Numbered from the whole stretch's first letter, positions 39,631-54,685 are shown. The stretch is DNA of 63,671 nt, filler included, from Octopus bimaculoides (GCF_001194135.2; 10 parts of 7 records of this genome joined end to end with filler, not necessarily neighbours in it); one strand, 5' to 3'. A program made the numbers and translations. The notes: generated from the letters alone by a model not told the origin.

Positions 39631-40270
39631 CGGTGAAGTAAGAAGCTTGATTCCCAAAATCCTGGCTCCGGGTTCAGTCCTACTGCGTCGCACCGTGGGC
39701 TAGTGTCCTCTACTATGGCATCAGGCCGACCAAAGACTTGCGAAAGAAAACCGTCCTATNNNNNNNNNNNNNNNNNNNNNNNNNNNNNNNNNNNNNNNNN
39801 NNNNNNNNNNNNNNNNNNNNNNNNNNNNNNNNNNNNNNNNNNNNNNNNNNNNNNNNNNNNNNNNNNNNNNNNNNNNNNNNNNNNNNNNNNNNNNNNNNNN
39901 NNNNNNNNNNNNNNNNNNNNNNNNNNNNNNNNNNNNNNNNNNNNNNNNNNNNNNNNNNNNNNNNNNNNNNNNNNNNNNNNNNNNNNNNNNNNNNNNNNNN
40001 NNNNNNNNNNNNNNNNNNNNNNNNNNNNNNNNNNNNNNNNNNNNNNNNNNNNNNNNNNNNNNNNNNNNNNNNNNNNNNNNNNNNNNNNNNNNNNNNNNNN
40101 NNNNNNNNNNNNNNNNNNNNNNNNNNNNNNNNNNNNNNNNNNNNNNNNNNNNNNNNNNNNNNNNNNNNNNNNNNNNNNNNNNNNNNNNNNNNNNNNNNNN
40201 NNNNNNNNNNNNNNNNNNNNNNNNNNNNNNNNNNNNNNNNNNNNNNNNNNNNNNNNNNNNNNNNNNNNNN

Positions 40271-40322
<52 letters not shown>

Positions 40323-40515
40323 ATATGTATTATGTATCAGTATGTATGTGTGAACGTGCTTTTAAATCATGCGTTTGCGCTGATCACCGCTTGAAAAAGG
40401 GTGTTGGTGTGTTCATGTCCCAGTAAAATACCAGTTCAGCAAAAGACTCCAATAGAATAAGTACTAGGATTAAAAATTAAGTCTCAGTCAAATGACTGAA
40501 ACAAATAAAAGAATA
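39631..40515 (+). mobile_element. SINE family 2 copy split by a gap and microsatellite
   Basis: Head GGGTTCAGTCCTACTGCGTCGCACC lies before the gap. The 3' part ACCGCTTGA...AATAGAATAAGTACTAGG...GTCAAATGACTGAAAC lies after it. Confidence 0.75.
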
Positions 40516-43500
40516 TATGTACATGGTCTGTATCTATCTATCTATATAGATGTGCATATATATATATATGTACATATATATAGATATGCGTGAATATATA
40601 TAGATATGCGTGAATATATATATACATATGACAACCAAATATGGTACTTAAACATACTCGTTCTCTACGTTAGGTTTTTGTTTTATGTAGATTTTATTTT
40701 GTCGAAAAATATGGAACCGTATGGTATTTTTCATATTATATTTTTATAAAGTAAATTAATTATTAAATAGTTGAATGAATAAATTTTGTTTGACTTTTAT
40801 ATTTGTTAGCGTTTTTTCACAGCTAAAACTTTTTCGGATGTTCAGTAAGAATTTTACCAATTTAGCTTACTTTCATAATGTTGTTGACATAAATTTTCGT
40901 ACGTATCACTATTAAATTTAATAATATTATGTATATATAATGTATGTATGTATGTATGTATGTATGTATGTATGTATGTATGTATATGTTAATAGAACTG
41001 AAACAATTGTTGGGTTTTCTTCGTAATTATTATTCAATGTTTTTAATGGTGCGAATTTCTTACAAATTCTCCACTAAGATTGTTGGATTTACCTGTCATA
41101 CATAAGGATTTACCTGGGATTTTACATAAATTTACTGGTATCTACTTGTTAGAAACTTAACCTTACTTTATACTGAGTGCTTACTTGATATCTACCAGGA
41201 TTTTTTAATCTCACTTTTTGTTATATATATGGAGCGCAAAAGAAACGAAAGGTGACGATTAATCCCTGTTCACAGCAAATGTGGGAGTCCGAGAGGTTCA
41301 TGTACAGAGATAATCGAAACACAGATGTTGTAGCGAATGACCGATAGAACGAAAGTGATTTGGGACTCGGGTGTTTTTGCCTATACTGTTCTCTCTCTGT
41401 TCTCTCCCTCTATACTGTTCTCCCCCCTATCGTTTTCTTCTCATCACTTTCTGTATTTCCTTTTTCTCCCCTTCACTGTTTTCTATCTGTCTCTCTGTCC
41501 CTCTTTTTTCTTTAGTCTCTCTCTCTCTCTCTCTCTCTTTGCTCACACGTGACCATCGTTCATCTTTCTTTTCCTCGCGTGATCCTCTTTCTTTTCTTTC
41601 AGGGCTGTCCTAGAGGTTGGACGTATCCTATCTATCACTCATTTCTGTCTTTTCTCTTGTCAATGAAGATATTTCTCCAGCGTTCGATATTTTACCTTCG
41701 ACTAAGGACCCTCCATGTTTGTTTTTGTTCGGTTTCCTTGTATCTCTCCACTGTCCTGATTTTGTTACCAACGTTGACCCTCCATAAATGCCATATTTTA
41801 TTTTAGCTTTTGTGGAAGCAACTGCCTTCGAAGACTCATAATGATGTTCAATGCATCTCAGTAACATGTGCTTATACAGAATAATATTCAGCACTGAATA
41901 TATTCTAATTATTTATAATATAATATAGGATAAATTCTTTATAAGAATTTATCAAGTAGTCAGCGTGCAAAAAACCTCATAATGAAAAAATAACGAAAAA
42001 TTTCGTAATGAAAAAATTCATCATTTCTTCAGTAAATATGTTGCTTATTTTTGGTAGTTTTTGACTTATTTAGTCCCTCGAAGCGTGAGGCATTAATACA
42101 CAGTTAATGCCCTTTATATATAATTAATTATATTTATNNNNNNNNNNNNNNNNNNNNNNNNNNNNNNNNNNNNNNNNNNNNTTAATTAATTAANNNNNNN
42201 NNNNNNNNNNNNNNNNNNNNNNNNNNNNNNNNNNNNNATATATATATATATATATATATATATAATTGAAAGTTAAGCATATAGAAGGAGTGAGATGAAT
42301 ATGTATACAATTTCGTAAAGAAATGATGCTCCAAGTATATTTGTCATGCAATATGCATTATTTACCTAATTGTATACTTGTATGTGATCATAAACCTTAA
42401 TTTATGTGTGATTCTTTTCGGTGTCTATAAATGAAGGTGTATATATAAATATGTGTGTTTGTATGTGTGTGTGTGCGTATGTAATTGATATATATATATA
42501 TGTATCCAACAGTGAAGCCCCGTGTAATATGTATGGCCAAATGTAGCAATTTAACTGTCACTTTTAATGATAAATGACTGTTAGATACTTTAGTGAAACT
42601 GCCAGTAGTTTCAATATATATTTCAAAAGAACATTAAATAAATATATAGGTTCTTTTATCAATCTTGTTTGAATGTAATCGATAGCAGACGTAATAATTG
42701 CCTGCTTCCACCAGTATTTCTTCAGACAACATGCAGTACATTGTAGTATTGAAATCAGAAAAGAGGGAGAGTGAGGCAGCAAACAGAAGAGGGAGAGTGA
42801 GAGGGGGGAGAGGAAGAGAAGGGAGCTATAAGAGGGAAATGAACTGCTTACAATACTCCTTGTTCTTCAGTGTTACATTACATGAGTCACGTCTGTGACA
42901 GGCACCACCTGCTTTGGACAAGGCAACACATTCCCTTTGCCATCAGAATATTAATCTGGAACTATTGTGGAGCTGAGTAAGCTCTTGAAATGTGATTGGG
43001 CTGAGTGCTGAGAGAATGTATGTGTGCAACGTATTTCTTCCGTTTAACAACTATGCAAAGGGAAGATCAAGGAGCCCTTTGTCACGCTGCAGATATTACT
43101 TCAATCAATACATCAGAATACCAAAGAATTCGATAAATTAGCCAATTGTGAATGTTTAAAAGAATGCAGAAATATCAGTATAACAGCTTTATTTATTTAT
43201 TTATTGTCAGAAAATCTCTGAAATTAGCTTTCCCTGTTTCTTGTCTCTTCTCTCTCCTCACTTGTCTAGTATTGTCTATAACGTAGGCAGGTAGATCGGT
43301 CGAGTGGTGGGTAATGTGAAGAAAAGTGATATACAGACAGGTAGAACTTTCACTCATCTACAGACGCACGCACACTCACACACATTCACACAGTCTCTCT
43401 CTCGCTCTTTTTATATCCTTATATATATGTGTGTGTGTGTGCGTGTGCGTCTGTGTGTTTTTTTTTGTGTGAGTATGTCTATGTACGCGTGTGTGTGTGC

Positions 43501-43520
43501 CTGAATGCGCGTGTGTATGA

Positions 43521-43646
43521 AGTCTCGTGGTCTAGTGGTTTGGGTACTGCACTCGTTATCGCTAGATAATAGGTTCGACTCATGTACCCCGGACGGCGCG
43601 TTGTGTTCTTGGGCGAAACATTTCACTTCTTGCTCCAGTTCACAAC
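43521..43646 (+). mobile_element. SINE family 3, 5' head
   Basis: GTGGTCTAGTGG (A box), GGTTCGACTC (B box), then GTTGTGTTCTTGGGCGAAACATTTCACTTC...GCTCCAGTTCAC. Confidence 0.75.
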
Positions 43647-45903
43647 GGACATGCGCATAACGATGATGTAGTCAGGGTTATAATTTTTTTTATAAAATGA
43701 AATTACAAGAATTGCTACTCCTCTCAGTTTTATGTTTTACCAATTTTAAAGTAATTAAGGAAATAATGCTGAGACATCTTCTTGTTGTCTACGTGTAAGC
43801 AATATAAATGATTGTCATGCCGCTAGAGTGCGACACAGCATCATTAATTGTATACAAATTTGCCATGGTATATGGTATATGGAAAATAACATAGTATATG
43901 GAAAATAATAACCTTGAAACTATAAATTACATTGTAAGATATGACATACCAAGCATTATGACCAAAGTAACGATGGTTGTAATTTTTGCTTTTCAGAAAA
44001 GATGCATTTATTCCCTACAAAAACTCGATCTTAAATACTGGTTCAAAATGTATACATTTTGACAAAATTTCAAATATATGGTGAAATATATTTTAATGTC
44101 TTGCGATTGTAAAGTTAAAATGTTTATCTACAATCAAAATGTATCAAATATTTTCTACAAATAGTGTGCATCGAATACCGTTTGTTCTTTCCGTTACAGA
44201 TAGAAATGCCCTGCGGATGCACGACTGACGAGACTCACACATTATTGTCACACATTATTGTCACACACTTCAATTATATGAAAATGTTTTGTATAATAAA
44301 ATGCATAGCATATTTTTCTTTTTTCTTATCCTGTATATAAATGATGGATTACTTCATTCATTGTTTAATTACTTGAAAATTAGTAGCATATTGAAGTCAG
44401 AACCGAAATATATGTAACTAAAAAATTCTTATATATTCTATCACGTCGCATTTTACTCTTTGCATCTCTAAATTGTTTACACTTTTCAGTAATTCCTCTT
44501 TGTATTGATTCTGAATATGAAATAAATCAGTCGAAAAATTAAACAGAACCCGTCGAATATTTTCAATAAAGGTTATAGCCATATCTTCAAAACAGTAATG
44601 TATTAATAAGCCGAATCAACAAATTGAAGAATTTTATTTACCGACCAGAGTTTGTTTGCATATCAGCTTCTATTTTAAAACTTAGAAATTTCCATCGCAA
44701 AATAAGAATGTTTCGAATAGAAGCTTTTCAAACTGATTAGAAGAATGAAATCTCTAAAGAGGGTCGACTTACAATATCTGACAAAATTTTAAGTATATAA
44801 GAATGTTTCATAATTCACAAAAATTCTCCACTCAAACAAATTGAGAATTGACATGTAACTAAGAGTGATACTTATATCTTCTTATCTAATATTATTATTA
44901 ATGTAAAAACAACTCTATTAATTTAAAAACTAATTTAATAACTACAGGTTTAGATGTACATGATAAGAATAAATGATTAGACTATTGTAAAGCTTACATT
45001 ACATCCCTCGCCATATCGCGCACTCAGTACATCACGATTCACCTATCGCACAATCAGTGCATCGCAGATTTTTCTGATTGGTATATGTAAATCTACATCA
45101 CGGTCTCCTCAGTATATCCGGGTTTCTTCGGCCGATCGGTATTAATATTTTTTTTAGATTCTAATTATTTCTGTGGGAGGTTTTGGAACATAACACCCGC
45201 GATAGTCGAGAGATTACTGTACATCCAATTACAATTAAGGATTACAACTAAACTTTATTTAAAACCCTTTTTTTTTCTTTCCTTTTTGTTCATATTAATA
45301 AGTACAATTAAAATTCAGTTAGGTATGGTAAATATCGAATAGTAGACGATATTACTCTTAGAAGTAAACAAATAACCAATTTGCCATTCTGAAATACTAG
45401 CAGTTCTCTTATTTGGTCCAGTAGCATTACCAGAACGCAAATACGTAAGCGGAACCTCGAATGATTATGTTTTAAGTATTCCAATCATGTCGCTGTTACT
45501 GGAACTATTCCTCCCATCCTTTTGTTTTGGTATCGGAGACACTAAACATGGTGATGATAGGTGCAGCACTTCAGCCTTGCAGTTAGTGTAGGTAATGAAA
45601 TGTTTTACTATTTATTTGCTAGGATTCACTACATCATTTCTCCAAAATTTGAGGCTTTGCACATATATTAAAAATGAACATAGAGATATTGATGTATTTA
45701 TATTCATAATGGTAATTTATAGCAGGAAGACAGTAAAGTCGATAAAATATGAGACGAATTGTACTTCACTTGAAGCATTGTTATATCAGAGAACAAAAGA
45801 AATAATGTGGAGCGTTTCTTATAATGCTAAAGCAAAGAAAAAGAAGGATCGTTCTGTAGACTTTACAAAAACGATTTTTCATCGTTAGCAGATATAAGTA
45901 CCA

Positions 45904-46040
45904 ACCGGAAAACATTTCTGTTCGCTGAAAGCGTAAACACAGCCAATAGCATTGGCTAGACTTTAAGTTCCGGTTACATCTGGTTGTCGAGACACGATAT
46001 TTCGAATCAGCCAGAATGTCACAGAATGCCGTGAACCAAT
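45904..46040. promoter_or_regulatory. Possible promoter-like cluster of ETS and CCAAT motifs
   Basis: ACCGGAA (45904), AGCCAAT-AGC-ATTGGCT (45941-45957), TTCCGGT (45968) and AACCAAT (46034). Motif match only; no transcript evidence. Confidence 0.3.
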
Positions 46041-47078
46041 GAAACTTGTGTATTAATTACACTGTTGTCTAACTATGAGAAGTTATTCTCCTGAGATACA
46101 CATTGCAGTGTTCAGAATAAATACTGTGTTAAGAATAAATAGACAAATATGCATTCAAGGAAAGAGAATTCTTCTTCTAATGGAACCAGAAAACTTTAGT
46201 ATCTAATGATTCGCAGACTACTTCCCTCTGTAGATAAGTTAATCACCTAAATGTACGAGGAATTAATAAATTAACAAAGAGAACTGATTTACACTTAATT
46301 ATTTATTAAGTCTCAGATATATACAAGTTACATATATTATTAGTAACTTCCTTCTCTTGTGCTTTTGATACAATGGACGGAGCAATTTCATACCCAGCCT
46401 CTTTATCAGTAAATATCTATAGAGCACTAGCGACAGATGTGGGATAAAAAAAATAATGGCAGATATCAAGAATAAAGACATGATTTTCTTCGACCAAGTT
46501 ATTGGTTGTTTCTTTTATATATATATATATATNNNNNNNNNNNNNNNNNNNNNNNNNNNNNNNNNNNNNNNNNNNNNNNNNNNNNNNNNNNNNNNNNNNN
46601 NNNNNNNNNNNNNNNNNNNNNNNNNNNNNNNNNNNNNNNNNNNNNNNNNNNNNNNNNNNNNNNNNNNNNNNNNNNNNNNNNNNNNNNNNNNNNNNNNNNN
46701 NNNNNNNNNNNNNNNNNNNNNNNNNNNNNNNNNNNNNNNNNNNNNNNNNNNNNNNNNNNNNNNNNNNNNNNNNNNNNNNNNNNNNNNNNNNNNNNNNNNN
46801 NNNNNNNNNNNNNNNNNNNNNNNNNNNNNNNNNNNNNNNNNNNNNNNNNNNNNNNNNNNNNNNNNNNNNNNNNNNNNNNNNNNNNNNNNNNNNNNNNNNN
46901 NNNNNNNNNNNNNNNNNNNNNNNNNNNNNNNNNNNNNNNNNNNNNNNNNNNNNNNNNNNNNNNNNNNNNNNNNNNNNNNNNNNNNNNNNNNNNNNNNNNN
47001 NNNNNNNNNNNNNNNNNNNNNNNNNNNNNNNNNNNNNNNNNNNNNNNNNNNNNNNNNNNNNNNNNNNNNNNNNNNNNN

Positions 47079-47280
47079 GTGCTTGTCCCCCCACCATCGC
47101 TTGACAACCGATGCTGGTGTGTTTACGTCCCCGTAACTTAGCGGTTCGGCAAAAAGAGACCGATAGAATAAGTACTAGGCTTACAAAGAATAAGTCCTGG
47201 GGTCGATTTTCTCGAATAAAGGCGGTGCTCCAGCATGGCCGCAGTCAAATGACTGAAACAAGTAAAAGAGTAAAAGAGTA
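47079..47280 (+). mobile_element. SINE family 2, well-preserved 3' half with (TAAAAGAG)n-like tail
   Basis: Homologous to 38850-39040. Ends GAAACAAGTAAAAGAGTAAAAGAG. The 5' half is not visible and may lie in the gap. Confidence 0.85.
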
Positions 47281-47937
47281 ATATATATATGGCGTAATGA
47301 AATGGGGATTTGAAATCCGGGCCGGATCCGTATTAGCGCTCTGATATAATACAGATCTGGCTAATTTCATTGAATGACCGAATATATAGAATTGTTTGAG
47401 ATAAATAATTAAATGGTGTTTCACTCGATAGTCAGATCCTGATTTCGCTTCACTGGATTTCCTACAACATATGGGGTATATAATCAAGACATCTTAAAGA
47501 AGAATAGAAAATTTAGACATCTTCAAATTTTATTCATTACAGACTGACTCTCATAAAATTCCAACCGACACGTGTTTTTAATGGATTGGAGTCCTAATGA
47601 CTATGATGTGGAATTTATGTGCATTTAGTTGATTCAGTTGCAGTATCCACGGTAGATATTCCTATACAGGAATGTTTACCTTGGGTAAGGTATCCTGTTC
47701 GACGAAAAATCCTTCATACAAGGATTATGTGTGCATATATACAAATATGTAAATATATCTGTATGTGTACATATAAGTTTATATGTATAAATTTGTATAT
47801 GCATATATGAAACTATATGTGTGTATTTATGTACGTATGAGTATATATAAATATATATATGCATATGTGCGTATGTATATGTATGAATGTATGAGTATAT
47901 ATATGTATGTATAGATATGCATACGTATTATATGTAT

Positions 47938-47972
<35 letters not shown>

Positions 47973-48073
47973 CTCATACAAACGCATATAATGAGTTTCT
48001 GTTCCTTTAACCAAATTCCATTCATAAGGTACTCCTCAACCTATAGAAGTTACACGCCTAAGGTATCATGCAA

Positions 48074-48276
<203 letters not shown>

Positions 48277-48533
48277 ACTAGAACTACATGGTTGAAAAAT
48301 GCCGATTTTAACTGCACAGACACAAGCGTGCCTATATACGTTAAATGAAGTAATGCGTTTTTGAAGAAGGCAGCGGTTAATTATGAGTGCCTCTAATTCA
48401 GAGAGAACCATAGATGGCTAATGAGAATTTTAGAGAGAGTTTTACGTTTATAAGTGTAAATTATGCATGTATATTCATTGTGTGTGTACGAACTGTTTGT
48501 TTTTTATGTTTATTAGCCTCTGTGTGAGTATAG

Positions 48534-48587
<54 letters not shown>

Positions 48588-51074
48588 CTAGGTCTTCATT
48601 TCTTTCTTTAAGTGTATTTGGATCTTATTTCACTTTGCTTTTTAACCAACAAACCTCCGGTGACGTTGTGTTGCAAAATTCGAGTTAATAATATATGCAA
48701 ATATACATAAAAATGTATATATGAATATAAATGCACAAACACACACAAACAGACACGCACACGTATATATACACACACACACACACATACACGCACACAT
48801 ATACGCACACACATGCACGCACGCACTCAATACACACACACACACACACACTCGCATATATAATCTTTGATTGAGAATTAGCAGCGAGACTGTAGATTTA
48901 TCTGTCAATCACACCTTATTTTAGAAGTTTTGCTCAGGGGAAATTGCCACAAGCCTTCTTCTATTCCAGCAGCCTTAAGGGCTTGTTTATTCCAAAGAAA
49001 TTGACAAAATACTAATTAGTCAAGTAGAAGCACGCCTAAACGATAATCAATTGTTTTAAGCTACGACACGTATGTATGTGTGCATTTATTTTTCTATGCG
49101 GTAGACAGACAGACAGACAGACAAAAAGAAGACGAGGAGAATGAGGTGGATGCACAGGAGGTTATCAATTGTTTAGGGTGTGTTTGTATTTACTTTTTAA
49201 TTCTTTATCTATTTATTTATTGCTTATTTAGGAATGTATTTTCGCATTTTTCTTTACCATATTTTAGTTTTTTGAAATGTCTGTTTATTATAAATTTGTA
49301 TCTAAAGTATAGAATAGAATAAAATTAGAAGTATTAATTTTCGAGTATCGTTTAACCCCTCTCCTCCACCTCTATTATCCACGAAAGAAGCTACCGTATC
49401 AACACTCCTTATTTAACGATATTATTGAAAAATGTTGATATTAATCTAAATGTTTTCTGCAAATGGTTTCTGTGGTACATGACTCAGTTTTATTTTAGCC
49501 TAGATTTCCACTCAATAAACAAAATGAATTGTTTTAAATTTCTAAACATATCTAGGAAAATGACAATGTATTCTTCTCATGCCCTCCTTTAGAAACATTG
49601 TAAAAAGCTAAATAAAATAAGAATCATAAATTTGAATTTAAAATAAACAGAATGTGTCTTAATATCCAATGGGAACACTTTTTCAAATTTCTCTTCTTTA
49701 TTTTTTTCCTATGTATATTTTCCATGTTTCTCTTTAAAAAGTAATTTAATAACTAAATTACTAATTTGTTCCTTTTCTATCAATAGGTGTAAACCTACTA
49801 TCATTTAGCTTGAATCCTCTTAAGACTTCTCCCCACTCCTGTAAATAAATTTAATGATAGGAAGGACAGTTGCACTGCCCCAATTACACTCACTGGCTTC
49901 TATTACATCGCTACACCGATCAATTGCGCTCTTGTGCATTCTTTTATTTTAGAAGCGTTAATTAAGTGAGAAGCGGTACTTAAGTTTTTATGCGTCATAA
50001 ATATTAATTAACTGGTAGAGCCATCATAGCAAGCTGTTTGCATCTTCAGTTCAAATAGCTGACGTCGTTTTAGAAAGAGACGTGAAAGGATGTCAAGACG
50101 ACAGCCATTTTGCTATTTTGCCCACTCTTTTTTTTCTTCTCTTTCTAGTCAGTTTCCTTGCATTAGCAAAATATTTGTAATGATGTTTTCAACTGAATTA
50201 AGTTTCTCAGGCGAGTATTCAATAACTTTATCGCCATTACATATATAATTTTTAATCTTAGCACTTTGACATTTTCAATAACAAATTCTAACGATCTATT
50301 ATTATATGCGTTCATTACTTAAAATATTTCCAACTTTATTATAAGATATGTCCAAGTAATTTTCTTCTCTGTATCTTCCATTATACATTTAAATGCATTT
50401 CTTATGGATTTTATAGAATCAAATTCCAGACATGATTCTTTTGGATTTTACTGATTTAAAAATTGTTCCCCCAAAGTTGTCATTCATTCGGCTCCTGTCG
50501 TAAACAAATATTTATATAATAGCTTTAATATATTGCATCAAGCCAACATTGGTCTATAATATGAAATAATTGTCTAGCTTTAACCAGATACAAAAGTCCT
50601 GTCTTTTATGACTGCGAAAATGATTATTGTGACATTCATGCATTTTATAAAAACATTACTGATGTAAATGATAAGGGAACGACTACACCCTTTTAGCAAA
50701 ACACAGCTTTGCAGTGCAATTTCGCTGCAGGATTTCTACTTAGAAACTAAAAGCAGTACACATTTAATTTCTGTCTTTATTAAATAATATTTATCTCTCG
50801 CTGGATGGTGTACATTGTTATAGACACCACTAATAATGGAAGACCAATAACGGAACATGATATAGTCCTGATGGCTTTCGCCGAAATAAATAGCTCTGTC
50901 ATACTTTTGTTGTTGTAACCCCAGGACAATCGTTATCAAATATACAGTCCTGGCCATGACCATACATGTTTCTAAGAGTATATTGCGGACTACGTTATCT
51001 ATAACGTCCTTTCTATATACCAGACAGTAGAATGTGATTTAAGGTTGAGTTGGCTGCTATATACCAGGTCGAAG

Positions 51075-51118
<44 letters not shown>

Positions 51119-51969
51119 TTCCTTTGTTGGTTCACAACTCCACCGCTCTTTACAGAGACGATTATTGCTTTGTCAGCTTAAAAACAGATCTTGATAATAA
51201 TTTTCTTGCTTTTATAACGCAGACAATTTTATTTCCTTATTATTTTTTAAATACCCCTTAATGTTCCGGTTGTATTAGTAAACGATGTTTATCTGAAGAG
51301 GGTATTTGCAACTAACTTATATTTTCAGATTATATTCATTTTATTAAGTTAACTTTAGGGGAAATATCTCTTACATTCATAGAATCATTTTTAAAAAATC
51401 TTTTTTTTTATATTGTACTTACATGTAGAATGAGAAGTCGTTTCTATGCGATTCAATTCGTAATGACAGTTACAATTTGAGCAAGTTTCTCCTGAAGTCA
51501 CAAGTCGACCGATGTATTGTAAGCGAAATTTGGTAAAAATATATTCTCCGGTGCCCCCTCCATGCTTATATAATAAGACATATCGAATGTCCTAATCTTC
51601 AATTTAATTTTCTCTTGAGAATTAAGTGGAAGTTATTCATATCTGAATGTGAATTTTTTATTTCTCTATTACTTGCGAACAAACTTTCTTCTCTCGTTGT
51701 TCCAAAATCTTCAGCGTTTAAGCGTCAGAGATAAATTATTTAAGAGTAGTTTTCAAGGGTAATCCTGCTCTGTCACTGTACCTAGGGAACTTCTCCTCAA
51801 ATGGGAGAGACAGAGAAAAACCTAATAAAACAGGAAACAAGATGAAGCCTATTGGATTAATGTAGGATATGTTTGACCTCTGACATTATACATTTTCTGA
51901 TCCTACTTGCTGCTTTGAGCATTACATCTCTCAGTTATCGTTAATTTCTCAAATTCACTTTAACATTGA

Positions 51970-52015
<46 letters not shown>

Positions 52016-52538
52016 ATATATATATATATATATATATANNNNNNNNNNNNNNNNNNNNNNNNNNNNNNNNNNNNNNNNNNNNNNNNNNNNNNNNNNNNNN
52101 NNNNNNNNNNNNNNNNNNNNNNNNNNNNNNNNNNNNNNNNNNNNNNNNNNNNNNNNNNNNNNNNNNNNNNNNNNNNNNNNNNNNNNNNNNNNNNNNNNNN
52201 NNNNNNNNNNNNNNNNNNNNNNNNNNNNNNNNNNNNNNNNNNNNNNNNNNNNNNNNNNNNNNNNNNNNNNNNNNNNNNNNNNNNNNNNNNNNNNNNNNNN
52301 NNNNNNNNNNNNNNNNNNNNNNNNNNNNNNNNNNNNNNNNNNNNNNNNNNNNNNNNNNNNNNNNNNNNNNNNNNNNNNNNNNNNNNNNNNNNNNNNNNNN
52401 NNNNNNNNNNNNNNNNNNNNNNNNNNNNNNNNNNNNNNNNNNNNNNNNNNNNNNNNNNNNNNNNNNNNNNNNNNNNNNNNNNNNNNNNNNNNNNNNNNNN
52501 NNNNNNNNNNNNNNNNNNNNNNNNNNNNNNNNATATAC

Positions 52539-52575
<37 letters not shown>

Positions 52576-52637
52576 CCTATCTATCTATCTTTCTCTTTCG
52601 CTCTCTTTCTCCCTACATGCACACGTACACACATATG

Positions 52638-52668
<31 letters not shown>

Positions 52669-53226
52669 CAATGTGTATATGTCTACTTGTGATTGTGTGT
52701 TTGTGTGTGTGCATTCACTATTATTTTAGTCTACCTTTTAACTCTCAACATTTTATGCTCCTTGTTTTATCTCGTATCCATTTCCTTGCTATATTTCACG
52801 TAGCGTCTTTCATCTTATATTTATCCGGCGTTTCTTAAACCCTTTATGACCTCCGCAGGTCAACAGTCACATCTTTAGTCTCTTTTCTTTCCTCCTGTTA
52901 GTGTGAGAAATTCATTTGCCTAAGGCTTTGATATAAAACCCACATTAATAAATCTAAACGCATGTACGTACACTGCATCGCATGCATGTGCAAATACACA
53001 CGCAGACTCACAATCGCACACGCGTACAAACGCAGAAGCATGGTATAATGGTGCTTCGCGATTGTTGGTCTGCTGGTAAAAATCTCCAAGCTGAACACCT
53101 ACCACATTTGATCTGAACGTAGAGTGGCCATGTTAAATGCTTGAATTAACCCATTACTCTTACTCGCAAACCATCATCTCTTCTAACTCTATACACATCT
53201 ATACCCCCAATACACACACGTGTGTA

Positions 53227-53258
<32 letters not shown>

Positions 53259-53358
53259 NNNNNNNNNNNNNNNNNNNNNNNNNNNNNNNNNNNNNNNNNN
53301 NNTTAATTAATTAANNNNNNNNNNNNNNNNNNNNNNNNNNNNNNNNNNNNNNNNNNNN

Positions 53359-53680
53359 AATGAGACCATCGATCATGTTGTCTCCATGTGCAGTCTGCTT
53401 GCGCCTACAGAGTATCTCAACAGGCATGATAGAGCTGCACAATATATTCACTGGGTAATATGCAAAAACCTGGACTTGCCCCATGATAAAAACTGGTGGG
53501 AACACAAACCACCCCCAGTACTTGAAAATGATCACATTGCACTCCTCTGGAACTTCACCATTCAAACTGACAGAAAGATAGACGCAAATAGGCCAGACAT
53601 CATACTGAAAGACTTCAGACAAAAATCATGCCTCCTCATTGATATGACTGTCCCAATTGATATAAACGTATCTGTCAAGA
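53359..53680 (+). mobile_element. R4/Dong-like non-LTR retrotransposon fragment (zinc-knuckle remnant plus restriction-like endonuclease)
   Basis: Uninterrupted frame NETIDHVVSMCSLLAPTEYLNRHDRAAQYIHWVICK...LLWNFTIQTDRKIDANRPDIILKDFRQKSCLLIDMTVP, with RHD, RPD and D/E catalytic motifs. Confidence 0.88.
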
Positions 53681-54584
53681 TTTGTCTCACCTTACACACT
53701 TTCCTGTTTTGACACCACACTTCCTGCTTAACACATAAACTTTTAGCCCGTTTTCTCTTTTTTTAAACCTAACACAACTCTCAATCTTCATGCATCCTTA
53801 TTTTTCCAAACATTATCTACATGGATTACCATTGAACTTTAAAAGCTCAAAGACAATATAATGTATTGGTATAATTATTTTTTTATATATTATTTTTTTT
53901 CATTTTTTACTTTTTTGTAAAAAAACATTTTCATTCTCCCTCTTCTTGAAAATTTGCCATGCAATGAAAGCCGGTTAGAAATCTATATTAAAATATGCTT
54001 TCAGTTTAGAGTTCTGCCTTATCATTATTTTTCATTTTCCTATTATATATATACACACACACACACATATATAATGTGTATACATACAAAATAGGCTTTT
54101 TAACAGTTTCTGTCATCCAAAGAAAATTTGAGAGGAAAAACATTAAAACTTGTCTAAGGTGTCACTCAGTAGGACCAAGCTTCAAACCAACCCCCATGTC
54201 TGCCAAGCCAACTACTTAACTACAGAGCCATGACATCTACACTGATTTTCCTGAAACGAATGTGGAAAACCAGAGATAGAATTTCATGTGCAAAAACTGT
54301 TTAGTTCCGCATACATCAACACTCATTTCAGGAGGTGGTGTTGCAGCTTTAATATTATTGAAATTTATGAACATCACTAAATAGTTTTAGCCGACGCTTA
54401 CAAGAGACCACTATGAGATTACTCAGGTTTTTATTTATGACTTTCATAGCCTGACTGACTTGTGTTACAACATCATGACAAAACAATATGTTCTGTGAAA
54501 TACAGTTTTAGAATATTATTGGTATATTACTATTCACATCTCATTGGATAAAAGTAGAGTTAAATATACTATATAGACACACTG

Positions 54585-54672
54585 TGGCAGAGTGGTTAAG
54601 AAATCTGGTTTTACTATCATGAGATCATTGTTTCAATTCTACTGCATGGCAGCTTGACCAAATGTCTTTTAT
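54585..54672 (+). mobile_element. Degraded tRNA-type SINE head (family 2-like)
   Basis: GTGGCAGAGTGGTTAAG...TGTTTCAATTCTACTGCATGGCAGCTTGACCAAATGTC. Confidence 0.5.
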
Positions 54673-54685
54673 TCTTTTTCTTTCA

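Noticed and set aside
42000-42035. CTGAAGA...GAAA on the minus strand
   Set aside because: AT-rich, with no valid G10.1-C11.1 pair or stem I.
42871-42976. Candidate exon with good acceptor and GTAAGC donor (LHYMSHVCDRHHLLWTRQ...)
   Set aside because: No recognisable homology or partner exons. Such splice-like pairs are common by chance.
43521-43590. tRNA gene
   Set aside because: A and B boxes are present but there is no cloverleaf, and it continues into a SINE body.
44200-44228. Strong acceptor followed by RNALRMHD*
   Set aside because: Too short to assign and no upstream exon identified.
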